Assembly: GCA_963676795.2 (NCBI GenBank)
Contig: CAXXTB010000002.1
Location: 2,048,001-2,112,000, forward strand
Reading direction: 5' to 3'
Length of the DNA stretch: 64,000 bases
Origin: Geopsychrobacteraceae bacterium
Lineage (GTDB): Bacteria > Desulfobacterota > Desulfuromonadia > Desulfuromonadales > Geopsychrobacteraceae
Below are positions 21,949-32,541 of this stretch, one piece after another; within the stretch, counting starts at the first letter, position 1; every line of letters starts with the position of its first letter. The notes beneath the pieces were generated by a model, which searched no databases, was not told where the DNA came from, and saw nothing but the letters and a program-made list of their open reading frames with translations. Both the position numbers and the translations under genes were made by a program.

Positions 21949-24177
21949 CTACATTGCGTCAATGATTGCATTCAAAGTCTTGCTGGGACGCATTGCCGCA
22001 TCAGCTTTGACCGGATCAAGCTTGTAATAGCCGCCACAATCCAGAGCATCCCCCTGAGACTCGATCAATTCCTGATCGATCGCCTCTGCTTTTTCGGTCA
22101 ACTGCGTTGCAATCGGCATGAAGCGATCCCTCAACTCCTTGCTGTCATTTTGCGCAACAAGGGCCTGAGCCCAGTAGAGGGTCAGATAGAAACTGCTGCC
22201 GCGGTTGTCGATCTCACCGGTCTTGCGGGACGGCATCTTCTGATGTTCGAGATACTGACCGATGGCCATATCGAGGGTTCTGGCCAGCACAGCGGCCTGC
22301 TCATTACCATCATTCGCAGCGATCATCTCCAGAGAAGGAACCAGCGCACAATACTCTCCGAGAGAGTCCCAGCGCAAATGCCCTTCTTTGAGAAACTGCT
22401 CAACATGTTTTGGCGCAGAGCCGCCGGCACCGGTTTCAAACAGACCGCCACCGGCCAGCAGCGGCACAATCGACAGCATTCTGGCCGAGGTCCCGAGTTC
22501 GAGAATCGGGAAGAGATCGGTCAGGTAATCGCGCAGGACATTCCCTGTGACCGAAATCGTGTGCTTACTCTCCCGAACCCGTTTCAAAGTGAAACGCATG
22601 GCATCAAGCGGAGCAAGAATCCGGATGTCAAGGCCGTCAGTATCATGTTCAGCCAGATAGGTATTGACCTTCTTGATAAGTTCGGCATCGTGTCCGCGAT
22701 TTTCATCCAGCCAGAAGATTGCAGGCTGTCCCGCTACCCTGGCCCGGTTGACTGCCAGCTTGACCCAGTCACGGATCGGCAGGTCCTTGGTCTGACAGGA
22801 GCGGAAAATATCGCCCTTCTCCGCCTGCTGTTCCATCAGGACCTCTCCAGCAGAATTTACGATCTGAAAACACCCGCAATCAGGAGCAAAAAAGGTTTTA
22901 TCATGCGAGCCGTACTCTTCGGCCTTCTGGGCCATCAGACCGACGTTGGAGACACTCCCCATGAGCGCCGGACTGAACTGCCCGAAACGGGCCGCATCCT
23001 CGATGATCTCCGCATACATCGTCGCATAGCAGCGATCCGGGATCATGGCGATGGTATCCTGCAGTTCGTCATGACGATTCCACATCTTGCCGCCATCACG
23101 GACGATGTTCGGCATGGAAGCATCGATAATGACATCATTGGGCACATGCAGATTAGTGATATTGTTACGGGAATCAACCATCGCCAGGGCCGGGCCCGTC
23201 TCATAGCAACGCTGAATATCAGCGAGGATTTCTGCTTTCTGCTCATCTCCAAGCTTGTCAAGCTTATCGAGAATCCCTTTCAACCCGTTGTTCGGATTGG
23301 CACCGATCTCTCTCAGAACGGCGGCATGTTTTTCCAGTGCATCTTTGAAATAGACCGAGACGCAATGCCCGAACATGACCGGATCAGAGACCTTCATCAT
23401 GGTGGCTTTCAGATGCAAAGAGAGAAGCACGCCCTTTTCTTTCGCTTCAGCCGCTGTCGCCGCGTAAAATTCGCGTAGTTTTGCAACGCTCAGCAACGAG
23501 CTGTCGATGACTTCCCCTTGCTGAAGAGCGATACCATCCTTCATGACAGAGGTATCACCCTGAGCAGAAACAAATTGAATCCTGACGCTGTCCGCAGCAT
23601 CAAGAGTCACCGATTTTTCAGAGCCATAGAAATCACCGTTGTCCATATACGCAACGCGACATTGCGATTCACCGGGTGACGGCCAGGCTTTCATCATTTT
23701 ATGCGGATGCTTAGTGGCAAATCTTTTAACTGAATCAGCAGCACGACGGTCTGAATTTCCTTCACGCAGAACCGGGTTCACGGCGGAGCCGAGAATCTTC
23801 GAATAGGTCGCCAGAACTGCCTTATCTTCATCGGTCCTGAGTTCTTCAGGATAGTTGGGAACCGCGTATCCTTTTTCCTGTAACTCCCTGATGGCTGCCT
23901 GCAACTGCGGCACGGAAGCACTGATATTTGGAAGCTTGATGATATTGGCCTGCGGATTCTTGACCAGCGCACCCAATTCAGCCAGAGCATCCGAAGTTCT
24001 TTGATTTTCCGTCAGTCTGTCAGAGAAATGGGCGAGAATTCGTCCTGCGAGTGAAATATCCTTTTTCTCGACCTCGATACCGGCTCCCCTGGTAAAAGCC
24101 TTGACGGTTGGCAGAAATGCGTAGGTCGCCAACGCAGGTGCTTCATCAGTTTCAGTCCAAACGATCTTAGATGACAT
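21949..24177 (-). CDS. icd: Monomeric NADP-dependent isocitrate dehydrogenase
   Basis: [50 protein letters not shown]. Confidence 0.95.
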   Translation of the reverse strand: MSSKIVWTETDEAPALATYAFLPTVKAFTRGAGIEVEKKDISLAGRILAHFSDRLTENQRTSDALAELGALVKNPQANIIKLPNISASVPQLQAAIRELQEKGYAVPNYPEELRTDEDKAVLATYSKILGSAVNPVLREGNSDRRAADSVKRFATKHPHKMMKAWPSPGESQCRVAYMDNGDFYGSEKSVTLDAADSVRIQFVSAQGDTSVMKDGIALQQGEVIDSSLLSVAKLREFYAATAAEAKEKGVLLSLHLKATMMKVSDPVMFGHCVSVYFKDALEKHAAVLREIGANPNNGLKGILDKLDKLGDEQKAEILADIQRCYETGPALAMVDSRNNITNLHVPNDVIIDASMPNIVRDGGKMWNRHDELQDTIAMIPDRCYATMYAEIIEDAARFGQFSPALMGSVSNVGLMAQKAEEYGSHDKTFFAPDCGCFQIVNSAGEVLMEQQAEKGDIFRSCQTKDLPIRDWVKLAVNRARVAGQPAIFWLDENRGHDAELIKKVNTYLAEHDTDGLDIRILAPLDAMRFTLKRVRESKHTISVTGNVLRDYLTDLFPILELGTSARMLSIVPLLAGGGLFETGAGGSAPKHVEQFLKEGHLRWDSLGEYCALVPSLEMIAANDGNEQAAVLARTLDMAIGQYLEHQKMPSRKTGEIDNRGSSFYLTLYWAQALVAQNDSKELRDRFMPIATQLTEKAEAIDQELIESQGDALDCGGYYKLDPVKADAAMRPSKTLNAIIDAM

Positions 24178-24249
24178 CCATAAACTCCTTGATGATCAAA
24201 CGACGTACCCCTCAATACAGTATTTCCATGTTCCGAGCATCACAAATTC

Positions 24250-24283
24250 TGTATACAGTATGCAAACAGCCCAAAACTGTCAA
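24250..24283 (-). promoter_or_regulatory. icd promoter with overlapping operator-like GTATACAGTATGC site
   Basis: Minus strand TTGACA(24283-24278)-17 bp-TACTGT(24260-24255). Confidence 0.65.
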
Positions 24284-24353
24284 GGGCTATTAGCTTCAAA
24301 ATCCAGGGGAACAAACCCAGGATTCAGCAACACAAAACAAGAAACAGTCTAAC

Positions 24354-24405
24354 AAAAAAAACAATGGCAGGGCGTTTGATACTCATCAAATCACCCTGCC
24401 ATTGT
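24354..24405 (-). terminator. Terminator after LysM lipoprotein gene
   Basis: ACAATGGCAGGG...CCCTGCCATTGT hairpin preceded by A-run on plus strand. Confidence 0.7.
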
Positions 24406-24438
24406 CAACACGTCATAATAATATCATCCACAGGACAG

Positions 24439-25158
24439 CTAAAACAGATCGAGATCCTGTGCTTCACGTCGGGCCGCATCAACCTCACCACGGGATTTAT
24501 CACGGGGCACGACGAGGATCTGTCCGGCAAAGATCTCCGTGGGATCCTTGATCTGATCGCGATTCGCCTTGTAAATCAGTGGCCAGAGCTGCGCGTCGTT
24601 ATAGACCTCGGGACGCGCCGCGACCATCGCCAGGTTTTCCCCCGACAGCACCTCAACCTGATCGACCAGCAGCGGTTTCTGTTCCGACTCGGGCTCCACT
24701 TCAACCGGCGCGCTGACCTGCGGCTCCACTTTCGGCTTGGCCATGGCCAGTTCACGCTCGCGCTGCCGTTTCAGCTCAGCCTGCCTTAATTCAGCCTGGC
24801 GCTTTTCCTCGCGTTGGCGCTGAACTTCAGCCTGATGCTGCTGTTCCTCAATCTGTGCCTGTTCCTCGGCAATACGGTCTTTTTCGGCCCGAGCTTGACT
24901 CAAGGCCTCATCCGCATAGCGGCTGGACAGCGCCAGGGTCCTTTCCGCAATCTGGTATTCACCTTTGGCGATCTGCTGCTCGGCGGCCTGCAACGCACTG
25001 CTTGCAAGCTGATACTCTCCCGGGGCCAACTCGGCCGCGCCATCGGCGTAGGCCATGGACACCTTGGTCCGGGCCTGAGACAACAGCTCATCCGGCAGCT
25101 TGGCACAACCCGCAGTCAAAAGGAGCAATAGCGCTATATATAACAGACGATAATGCAT
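24439..25158 (-). CDS. Lipoprotein with helical (DUF4398-like) region and C-terminal LysM-like domain
   Basis: Lipobox TAGC; coiled coil; WPLIYKANRDQIKDP.EIFAGQIL.VPR. Confidence 0.75.
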   Translation of the reverse strand: MHYRLLYIALLLLLTAGCAKLPDELLSQARTKVSMAYADGAAELAPGEYQLASSALQAAEQQIAKGEYQIAERTLALSSRYADEALSQARAEKDRIAEEQAQIEEQQHQAEVQRQREEKRQAELRQAELKRQRERELAMAKPKVEPQVSAPVEVEPESEQKPLLVDQVEVLSGENLAMVAARPEVYNDAQLWPLIYKANRDQIKDPTEIFAGQILVVPRDKSRGEVDAARREAQDLDLF

Positions 25159-25178
25159 CTGCACCTGCTTCTTGGCTG

Positions 25179-25320
25179 GTTTTTGTCCGGAAACGGCCCT
25201 TTTCCGCCGTAGCCGCGTCAATCTGCGCATTTGCTTGTGCGGCGTAAAGCACTACGCCTTAAGCACAAATGCTTGATTTTCTTGCTACAACGAAAAATTG
25301 CTCGTTTCCGAATCAGAAAC
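25179..25320. repeat. Structured dispersed repeat, copy 1 (~142 bp)
   Basis: About 85% identical by manual alignment to 42040-42180; folds as a long hairpin. Confidence 0.9.
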
Positions 25321-25390
25321 GTTACTGCTGCCATCCGGAGTTAGCGGAGGACAACAGCTGCAAACGAAAATGACGTAACAACAAAACAGC

Positions 25391-27178
25391 CTATTGTTGC
25401 TTGGCGCGCAGCCGAATGCCCAGCTCCTGCAACTGTTTTTCGGAAACCACATTTGGGGCTTCCGACATAAGACAGGTCGCTTTCTGGGTTTTCGGGAAGG
25501 CAATAACGTCACGAATCGAATCAGCACCGGTCAGAATCATCATCAGACGATCGAGACCGAAGGCGATGCCACCATGAGGAGGAGCACCGAAGCTCAAAGC
25601 ATCAAGCAGGAAGCCAAACTTCTCACGGGCCTCTTCCTCCTCGATACCCAGTAATTTAAACATACGGGACTGAACAGCCTGATCGTGGATACGGATACTG
25701 CCGCCACCGACCTCGGAACCGTTCAGAACCAGGTCATAGGCCTGGGCACGGGCCTTGCCCGGTTCGCTGTCGAGCAGTTCGATGTCCTCCTCCAGAGGAG
25801 AGGTAAACGGATGGTGAACAGCGACATGACGCTTGCTTTCGTCATCCCACTCAAGAAGAGGGAAATCGGTGATCCAGACAAACTTGTAATTATCCTTTGC
25901 AGCAAGCCCCAGTCTTTGGCCAAGGTGACCACGCAAACGGCCAAGAGCCTCGTTGGCAATCGACGGCTTGTCAGCCATAAACAACAGCAGGTCGCCAACC
26001 TGTGCGTCAAGAGCCTTGCTCAGCGCGTCAAGTTCATCTGCGGTGAAGAACTTGGCAATCGGCGACTGCCAACCCTCTTCCGTCACCTTGACCCAGGCCA
26101 GCCCCTTGGCGCCGTAGATCTTGGCGAAATCGGTCAGATCGTCAAGATCCTTACGCGAGAAGGTCGCGCACCCTTTGGCGTTCAGAGCTTTGACCAGCCC
26201 CTTATTGGCTGCCACATCGGCAAAGACCTTGAACTGAGAACCGGCAACCAGAGAGGTGATATCGACCAGTTCCATAGCGAAACGCATATCCGGGTTATCA
26301 ACCCCGAAGCGTCTCATCGCTTCGGTGTAGGTCAGGCGCGGCATCGGCAGAGAGATTTCGATATCGAGTGCAGCCTTGAAAACCTTGGCGACCAGCCCTT
26401 CCATGATCGAAATGATGTCATCGCGATTGACGAAACTGAGCTCGCAGTCGATCTGGGTAAATTCCGGTTGGCGGTCAGCGCGCAGATCTTCGTCACGGAA
26501 ACACTTGACGATCTGGTAGTAACGATCGAATCCGGAGACCATCAGCAGCTGTTTGAACAGCTGTGGAGACTGCGGCAATGCATAAAAGTTGCCGGTATTG
26601 ACCCGGCTCGGAACCAGGTAATCGCGGGCACCTTCCGGGGTGCTCTTGGTCAGGACCGGGGTTTCAACCTCAACAAAGCCGTTATCATCCAGATAGTTGC
26701 GAACGGTTTTGGAGACCAGGTGGCGCATCAGCAGGTTGTTCTGCAGCGCCGGCCTGCGCAGATCGAGATAACGATGTTTCAGACGGATAATCTCGGCGAC
26801 CTCGGTATATTCATCAAGCATGAAAGGCGGGGTCTCGGAGCGGTTCAGAATCATCAGCTCGGAAACCTCGATCTCAACCTCCCCGGTCTTCATTTTCGAA
26901 TTTACTGTCCCTTCCGGACGCGGTGAAACCTTACCACGGGCGGCAACAACAAATTCATTACGCACCTGCTCCGCTTTCTGCAGCGAGGCAAGGTCACGAT
27001 CAGGGTCAAGTGCCAGCTGAACGATACCGGTCCGGTCGCGCAGGTCGATAAAAATCAGGCCGCCATGGTCACGCCGGCGCTGAACCCAGCCCATAACACA
27101 AATTTCCTGCCCGATCTCCGCCGATGTCAGTTCACCACAACGATGTGATCTCTTCCAGTTTCCAAGTTTATCGTTCAA
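25391..27178 (-). CDS. aspS: Aspartate-tRNA ligase, probably non-discriminating (Asp/Asn)
   Basis: [57 protein letters not shown] start with GGAGG RBS. Confidence 0.95.
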   Translation of the reverse strand: MNDKLGNWKRSHRCGELTSAEIGQEICVMGWVQRRRDHGGLIFIDLRDRTGIVQLALDPDRDLASLQKAEQVRNEFVVAARGKVSPRPEGTVNSKMKTGEVEIEVSELMILNRSETPPFMLDEYTEVAEIIRLKHRYLDLRRPALQNNLLMRHLVSKTVRNYLDDNGFVEVETPVLTKSTPEGARDYLVPSRVNTGNFYALPQSPQLFKQLLMVSGFDRYYQIVKCFRDEDLRADRQPEFTQIDCELSFVNRDDIISIMEGLVAKVFKAALDIEISLPMPRLTYTEAMRRFGVDNPDMRFAMELVDITSLVAGSQFKVFADVAANKGLVKALNAKGCATFSRKDLDDLTDFAKIYGAKGLAWVKVTEEGWQSPIAKFFTADELDALSKALDAQVGDLLLFMADKPSIANEALGRLRGHLGQRLGLAAKDNYKFVWITDFPLLEWDDESKRHVAVHHPFTSPLEEDIELLDSEPGKARAQAYDLVLNGSEVGGGSIRIHDQAVQSRMFKLLGIEEEEAREKFGFLLDALSFGAPPHGGIAFGLDRLMMILTGADSIRDVIAFPKTQKATCLMSEAPNVVSEKQLQELGIRLRAKQQ

Positions 27179-27284
27179 AGCATCCTCCAAGAACCGAAGT
27201 TCTATCATTTTTTGTATTTATAAGTTCAAAACCAATCAAACATTATAGATGGCCACATTTCAAGCGGTCAAGAAATACCGAGAT

Positions 27285-28538
27285 TCAGCCCAGTTTTTCC
27301 TGCAACTGGCTCGCCAGACTGTCAAGGACGACCGGGGTTTGCTCACCCGAAGCCATCTCCTTCAGCTGAGCCTGCCCACTGCTGATTTCATCATCACCGA
27401 GAATCAGGACGTAATCGGCCTTGAGCTTATCGGCGCGCCGCATCTGCGCTTTCAGGCTCTTCCCTTGAAAATCCATCTCGGCACGGATCCCTTTCGCCTG
27501 CAACCTGGCCATCAACACAAAGGCATAGTCGGCAGCCGCATCGCCAAGGGCAGCAACAAAAAGCTGTGGCGAGGTCGGCACAATCTTGTCTTCCCCCTTC
27601 ATCAGGACCAGACGTTCCAGGCCGATCGCGAAACCGATGCCCGGCAGAGCCGGTCCGCCGAGGCTTTCCACCAGCCCGTCATAGCGACCACCGGCCGCAA
27701 CGGCGTTCTGGGAGCCCAGTTTGTCCGTCACCATCTCAAAGGTCGTTCTGACGTAATAATCGAGGCCACGCACCATACGTGCATTGACGCTGAACGGAAT
27801 CTCCAGGGAGTTCAGATATTTCTGTACCTGAGCAAAGTGCTCGTCACAGCGATCGCAGAGGTGATCAATGATAGCCGGGGCATCCTGGGTCGCCTCCTTG
27901 CAGCCGGCCGACTTGCAATCGAGCACACGCAACGGATTTTTTGTGTAACGGCGCTGACATTCCTCACAGAGGACATCAAGCCGCGCTTCCAGATACTTAA
28001 TCAGTTGCTGACGGTAGTTTGGACGGCAATCGGGACAGCCGAGGGAATTGACCTGCAGTGAAACCGAATCGATTCCGGCCCTTTCAAAAAAACTGTGGAG
28101 CATGGCAAGAATCTGGGCATCAATCTTGGCGTCTTCAACCCCGAGAGCCTCGACACCGATCTGGTGAAACTGCCGGTAACGTCCTTTTTGCGGACGTTCG
28201 TAGCGAAACATCGGCCCCATGTAATAAAGCTTGGTCACAGCATCCAGGTTGAACAGCTTGTTCTGGATAAAAGCACGCATGACCGGAGCGGTTCCTTCAG
28301 GGCGCAAGGTGATCGAATTGTCACTCTTGTCCTCGAAGGTATACATCTCCTTTTCAACTATATCGGTTGTCTCACCGATAGAGCGACAGAAGAGTTCGGT
28401 CTTTTCGGGAACGGGGGTGCGAATTTCGGAAAACCCGTAAGTCCCGAAAACCTCGCGAGCCTGCTGCTCAAGAAACTGCCAGGTTTCAATTTCGCCGGGC
28501 AGAATATCGTTCATGCCTTTAATACCAGTGATACTCAA
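27285..28538 (-). CDS. hisS: Histidine-tRNA ligase
   Basis: LRPEGTA, FRYERPQKGRYRQFHQ, VRGLDYY, GGRYD. Confidence 0.96.
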   Translation of the reverse strand: MSITGIKGMNDILPGEIETWQFLEQQAREVFGTYGFSEIRTPVPEKTELFCRSIGETTDIVEKEMYTFEDKSDNSITLRPEGTAPVMRAFIQNKLFNLDAVTKLYYMGPMFRYERPQKGRYRQFHQIGVEALGVEDAKIDAQILAMLHSFFERAGIDSVSLQVNSLGCPDCRPNYRQQLIKYLEARLDVLCEECQRRYTKNPLRVLDCKSAGCKEATQDAPAIIDHLCDRCDEHFAQVQKYLNSLEIPFSVNARMVRGLDYYVRTTFEMVTDKLGSQNAVAAGGRYDGLVESLGGPALPGIGFAIGLERLVLMKGEDKIVPTSPQLFVAALGDAAADYAFVLMARLQAKGIRAEMDFQGKSLKAQMRRADKLKADYVLILGDDEISSGQAQLKEMASGEQTPVVLDSLASQLQEKLG

Positions 28539-28680
28539 AGCTGAAATCCTTTATATATCGATATGATTCATGATTCTCAGGAATTGCGGAATTCTCAGGG
28601 AGGAGAAGATACCCTATTTCAGGACATGCGGAAAGGGGGAATCGCCTTTTTTCGTCATTTTAACGGGAAAGCGCCCGAGA

Positions 28681-30057
28681 CTATTTTTCCGTCTTCTTCA
28701 GATCTTCGACACTGTGAATCACATTTTTCGCGGTCTTCCCCGCGTACATGGCGCGGTCAGCCAGTTCCAGCAGCAGATCTTTTTCCGTCGCATCCGTCGG
28801 AAAGGTTGCAAAGCCAGCGGTAACAGTGACATAACAGGGCGTTCCCTGGTCGGCCAGGAAGGCATGCCCCTCGATCAGTTTGCGAATCCGCTCGGCTACA
28901 ATACGCGCGGTCGATTCATCCGTTTCAACCAGAACGGCGGCAAATTCATCACCACCGAAGCGAAACAGGGTATCGACATCCCGGACACAGCCACGCAGCA
29001 AACGACCAACCTCTTTGAGAGCGGTACTTCCTGCCAGGTGGCCGTGGGTATCGTTGATATCCTTGAAATGATCCAGGTCGAGGAACAGCAGTGAAAACTT
29101 CAGACGATACCGCTGCGAACGTTTCACTTCGTGATCCAGCGCGATCTGCATATAGCGATGATTATACAGACCGGTCAGGTCATCGGTATACATCAGCTCC
29201 TGGGCTTCCTGATAACGACAGGCGTTGGCAAAACCGACCGCTATCTGCTCACCCAGATAATGCAGGTCTGCGGATTCCGACTGCGGACCGCCAGAGGTAT
29301 CCTTGCCGCAGATCAGGACCCCCCCACGACAGAAACTATTCTCACCGAGCAACAGAACGCGAGCATTGACCTTCTGCTTGAGGACCCCTTCGAGATCATT
29401 CAAAGCACTCTCATTAAGAACAATGAAACCACGCCCCGCCAGCTTCCTCCGGGCAAGAACCTCAAGTGATTTATTGGCCCGCTCAAGAGAGATGTTTTTA
29501 CAGCCGAGCAGCTCTGGATTGGCCTCCCCTTTTTCCAGAAAAGCAAAACCACAAAAACCGTTCAACGACTTCAGAAGTGCATCCAGGGCCAGAGGCACCA
29601 GACGCTCCAGATCGATTTGCGTAGCAAGGTTCTGACAGAGCTGAAAGAGCTGGATCTGCTGGCGGAGATGAACATTTTCGGCGAGCAGACGGCGCTGTTC
29701 GAGACAGGCTTTAACCACATGCTGCAGCTGATCAGGATTGAAGGGCTTAACCAGGTAATCGCGGGCACCGGACTTGAGGGCTTCGATGGCGGACTCAAGG
29801 CTGGCATGGCTGGTGACCAGAATCACATCCGGCGGATTTTCAAGAGTGCGGGAGACCTTGAGAACCTGTAATCCGTCAGCACCCGGCATAACCATATCGG
29901 TCAGAACCAGGTCATAGCTGGCCTGGCGCATCCGTTCTATGGCTTCACTGCCGTTGATGCAGGTTTCTACGCCGAGACCGGCGGCCTCAAGCACCTCACA
30001 GTAGAGCTTGCGGAAGAAGCCGTCATCATCAGCAATCAGGATACGTGGTTCGGACAA
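28681..30057 (-). CDS. Response-regulator diguanylate cyclase (REC-GGDEF)
   Basis: REC with ADDD, LTD, KP; DDLTGLYN; RDVD I-site five residues before GGDEF. Confidence 0.92.
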   Translation of the reverse strand: MSEPRILIADDDGFFRKLYCEVLEAAGLGVETCINGSEAIERMRQASYDLVLTDMVMPGADGLQVLKVSRTLENPPDVILVTSHASLESAIEALKSGARDYLVKPFNPDQLQHVVKACLEQRRLLAENVHLRQQIQLFQLCQNLATQIDLERLVPLALDALLKSLNGFCGFAFLEKGEANPELLGCKNISLERANKSLEVLARRKLAGRGFIVLNESALNDLEGVLKQKVNARVLLLGENSFCRGGVLICGKDTSGGPQSESADLHYLGEQIAVGFANACRYQEAQELMYTDDLTGLYNHRYMQIALDHEVKRSQRYRLKFSLLFLDLDHFKDINDTHGHLAGSTALKEVGRLLRGCVRDVDTLFRFGGDEFAAVLVETDESTARIVAERIRKLIEGHAFLADQGTPCYVTVTAGFATFPTDATEKDLLLELADRAMYAGKTAKNVIHSVEDLKKTEK

Positions 30058-30108
30058 ATTCTCAGCCTCCTGTAATCACCAACCCTTAACAGATTTTAAT
30101 AGCCAATG

Positions 30109-32487
30109 TCAACGGAAAAGCCCGGACTTCCAGGCCAACACCCGAGGATTTCCGGGCTCAAAACGGATCAGGACGGTCCCCTGAAGATCGGTCCGATGGA
30201 GCGGTATTTTTCGCTCGGCCATAAAAGCGACGAGTTGCGCCGCCGGAAGATGGTAGGAGTTCTGATAACCGACCGACACCAGACAGAGATCAGGGACCAG
30301 GCGGTCGACAAGCCGATCCGCCAGCGAGTGCCTGCTGCCGTGGTGAGGCAGCTTCAGAACCGTCACCGGTCCGGGGAAGTCGTGTTCCAGCATCTCTCTC
30401 ACCCCCTGGACACCCAGATCACCGGTCAACAGAATGCCCTGGTCCGCTGCAGCGCGATAATAGATCGCGATCGATGCGTCATTCTCAGTCTGCGGCCGTT
30501 CAAGCCGAAAACTGTAGAGCTGATCAAACCCCTCGATGTTCAGCCGCTGCCAGCCGGCAGGCACCCTGCACACCCGCAGGGTGCGCTTGTCAACAATCTG
30601 CTGCAACGCGGGGTGCAGCAGGTCATTACGATAGGCGTGATAAAAGGCTCCGATCGACATATGACCGAGCAGAAACGGCAGTCCTTTGCGATGATCCGGA
30701 TGATCATGGGTCAGCAGCACACCATCCAGACGGTCCACACCCAGCTCGGCCAGTGCCGGCGCAAGCAGACGCTCGCCGACATCAAAACGGTCACTGTAGA
30801 GCCCTCCCCCGTCAACCAGCAGGGTTTTTCCGGACGAATTTCTTAGCAGGAAAGAATCCCCCTGACCAACACTGAACATCGTCAGTTCGGGTCCTACCGA
30901 ACGCAGAGGCAGAACAAAGAAGAGCAACGCACTGACGAGGAGTACACAGCAAGGCCATCCTTTTGCCCGGCCCGGCAGACGAAAAACAAGAAAAACAGCG
31001 ATAACCATAACAGCGCAGGACAGGTACTGCAGACTGGCAAGAAAGACAGGTTCTCCGGCCAATAGCGGCCAGCCCTGAACCCTGACGCAGAGCTTCAGCA
31101 ACAAATCCAGCAGCGTACCGCAAAAACGAAGCATCAGCAGTGCCGGCGCAGGGGCGACAGAAAAGCACAGCAAACCGGCAAGGCCAACAGGCAGGGCAAT
31201 CAGCGTCACCAGAGGCACGGCCACCAGATTCAGGACGATGCCGCCCGGCGCCAGCATATGAAAATTCAGCAGCACCAGGGGCAGCGTCGCCAGACTCGCA
31301 GCGACGGAGACGAGCAGCAACTGAAGCGGATAACGCAGAAGCTTGTTCAGCGGAGAGGTCCAGCGCTCGATCGGCTGCTGCAGGAAGAGGATCCCTGCAG
31401 CACCGGCAAAGGACAGCTGCCAGCCTGCCTGCCAGAGCAGCAGCGGTTCAACCAGCAGGGAGAACAAAGCACAACAGGCCAGGACAATGAAGGGACGGAC
31501 ATAATAACGCAGCCAGAGCAGCAGCGCGCCAAGCAGGATGATCGAAAAGGCCCGGCGGGTGGCAAGGGCATCGCCGGTCAGAATCAGGTAGACAAAAAGC
31601 AGCGGGATCAGCAGCAAAGGCAGAACACGTTGCGCAGGTTGCCATAACATCAGGGCTGAACTCCTGCGATACAAAACGGAGAGCAGCAGATAACCAAACA
31701 GCGCAATCATCCCGAGATGCAGACCGGAGATAGCGTAGAGATGGCTGATACCACCAGCGGACAGAGCGCGCCGCTGCACATCGCCGATAACCTTCCCCTC
31801 ACCGAGCAGCAACGCCCTGACCAGGGGAGCCTGCGCTGCTGGCAGACCCTGGTCAACAGCCAGTGCGATCCCCTGTTTCCAGCGGAACAGAGCGCGCCCC
31901 AGGGTCCAGCGTCCAGGCTCTTCGATCTGCAGATCGGCATCCGACCTGACCCAGGCCGTCAGATCGATATCTTCCGCGGCAAGAAACCTCGGCCAGTTGA
32001 ATTCTCCGGGGCTGCCGAATAGCCTGGGACTACGCAGCCTGGACAGAAACAGGATCCGATCTCCAGGCAATGGCAGACGTTCCGCCTGCTCGATAAAAAG
32101 TCTGACTCTCAGTGGTGAAGAAAAATCGATCGGCTGCGATTTCGTCCGCAGGGAGCAGACCTTGAGATCAAGACGCGCGCGCCCTTCACTGGCCGGTATC
32201 ACCCGTAAAACCTCTGCACCAATGGTCAATTTCTGTTTGAGAAGTTCGGGTTCACTGGCAAGAGGATGGTGAGGTAAGGGTAAGGCTGAACGAAAGAAAG
32301 CCAACAGAAAGAAACAGTAGAAGAGAGCAGAAGGCCTGCGCCATCCCGGCAACAGCAGTCCGACAACGCAAGCCGAAATAAAAACTGCAGTGGCGAGGTA
32401 CAACCACTGCAGTGAAATCATGTCAAAATAACTGCCGCTGACAAGGCCGACACAGGTTGCCAGCAGTGCAACCAGAACAAGCTGCAT
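30109..32487 (-). CDS. comEC: DNA uptake channel ComEC/Rec2
   Basis: GISHLYAISGLH, QLSF, VGQGDS, THDHPDH metallo-beta-lactamase motif, PHHGSR. Confidence 0.93.
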   Translation of the reverse strand: MQLVLVALLATCVGLVSGSYFDMISLQWLYLATAVFISACVVGLLLPGWRRPSALFYCFFLLAFFRSALPLPHHPLASEPELLKQKLTIGAEVLRVIPASEGRARLDLKVCSLRTKSQPIDFSSPLRVRLFIEQAERLPLPGDRILFLSRLRSPRLFGSPGEFNWPRFLAAEDIDLTAWVRSDADLQIEEPGRWTLGRALFRWKQGIALAVDQGLPAAQAPLVRALLLGEGKVIGDVQRRALSAGGISHLYAISGLHLGMIALFGYLLLSVLYRRSSALMLWQPAQRVLPLLLIPLLFVYLILTGDALATRRAFSIILLGALLLWLRYYVRPFIVLACCALFSLLVEPLLLWQAGWQLSFAGAAGILFLQQPIERWTSPLNKLLRYPLQLLLVSVAASLATLPLVLLNFHMLAPGGIVLNLVAVPLVTLIALPVGLAGLLCFSVAPAPALLMLRFCGTLLDLLLKLCVRVQGWPLLAGEPVFLASLQYLSCAVMVIAVFLVFRLPGRAKGWPCCVLLVSALLFFVLPLRSVGPELTMFSVGQGDSFLLRNSSGKTLLVDGGGLYSDRFDVGERLLAPALAELGVDRLDGVLLTHDHPDHRKGLPFLLGHMSIGAFYHAYRNDLLHPALQQIVDKRTLRVCRVPAGWQRLNIEGFDQLYSFRLERPQTENDASIAIYYRAAADQGILLTGDLGVQGVREMLEHDFPGPVTVLKLPHHGSRHSLADRLVDRLVPDLCLVSVGYQNSYHLPAAQLVAFMAERKIPLHRTDLQGTVLIRFEPGNPRVLAWKSGLFR

Positions 32488-32541
32488 AGCCCCTCCTTCA
32501 ATGCAGCCAACTGTTAATGAAACGTCAAGTCCGAGCCAGAC

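Noticed and set aside
21898..23478. 526-aa plus-strand ORF and other long antisense ORFs (e.g. 35925-37697, 25685-26926, 40964-42082, 1456-2397)
   Set aside because: Shadow frames opposite well-recognised genes; expected from codon bias; no motifs
25159..25230. N-terminal extension of ORF 24439..25230
   Set aside because: Reads through the repeat element; the signal peptide begins at 25158
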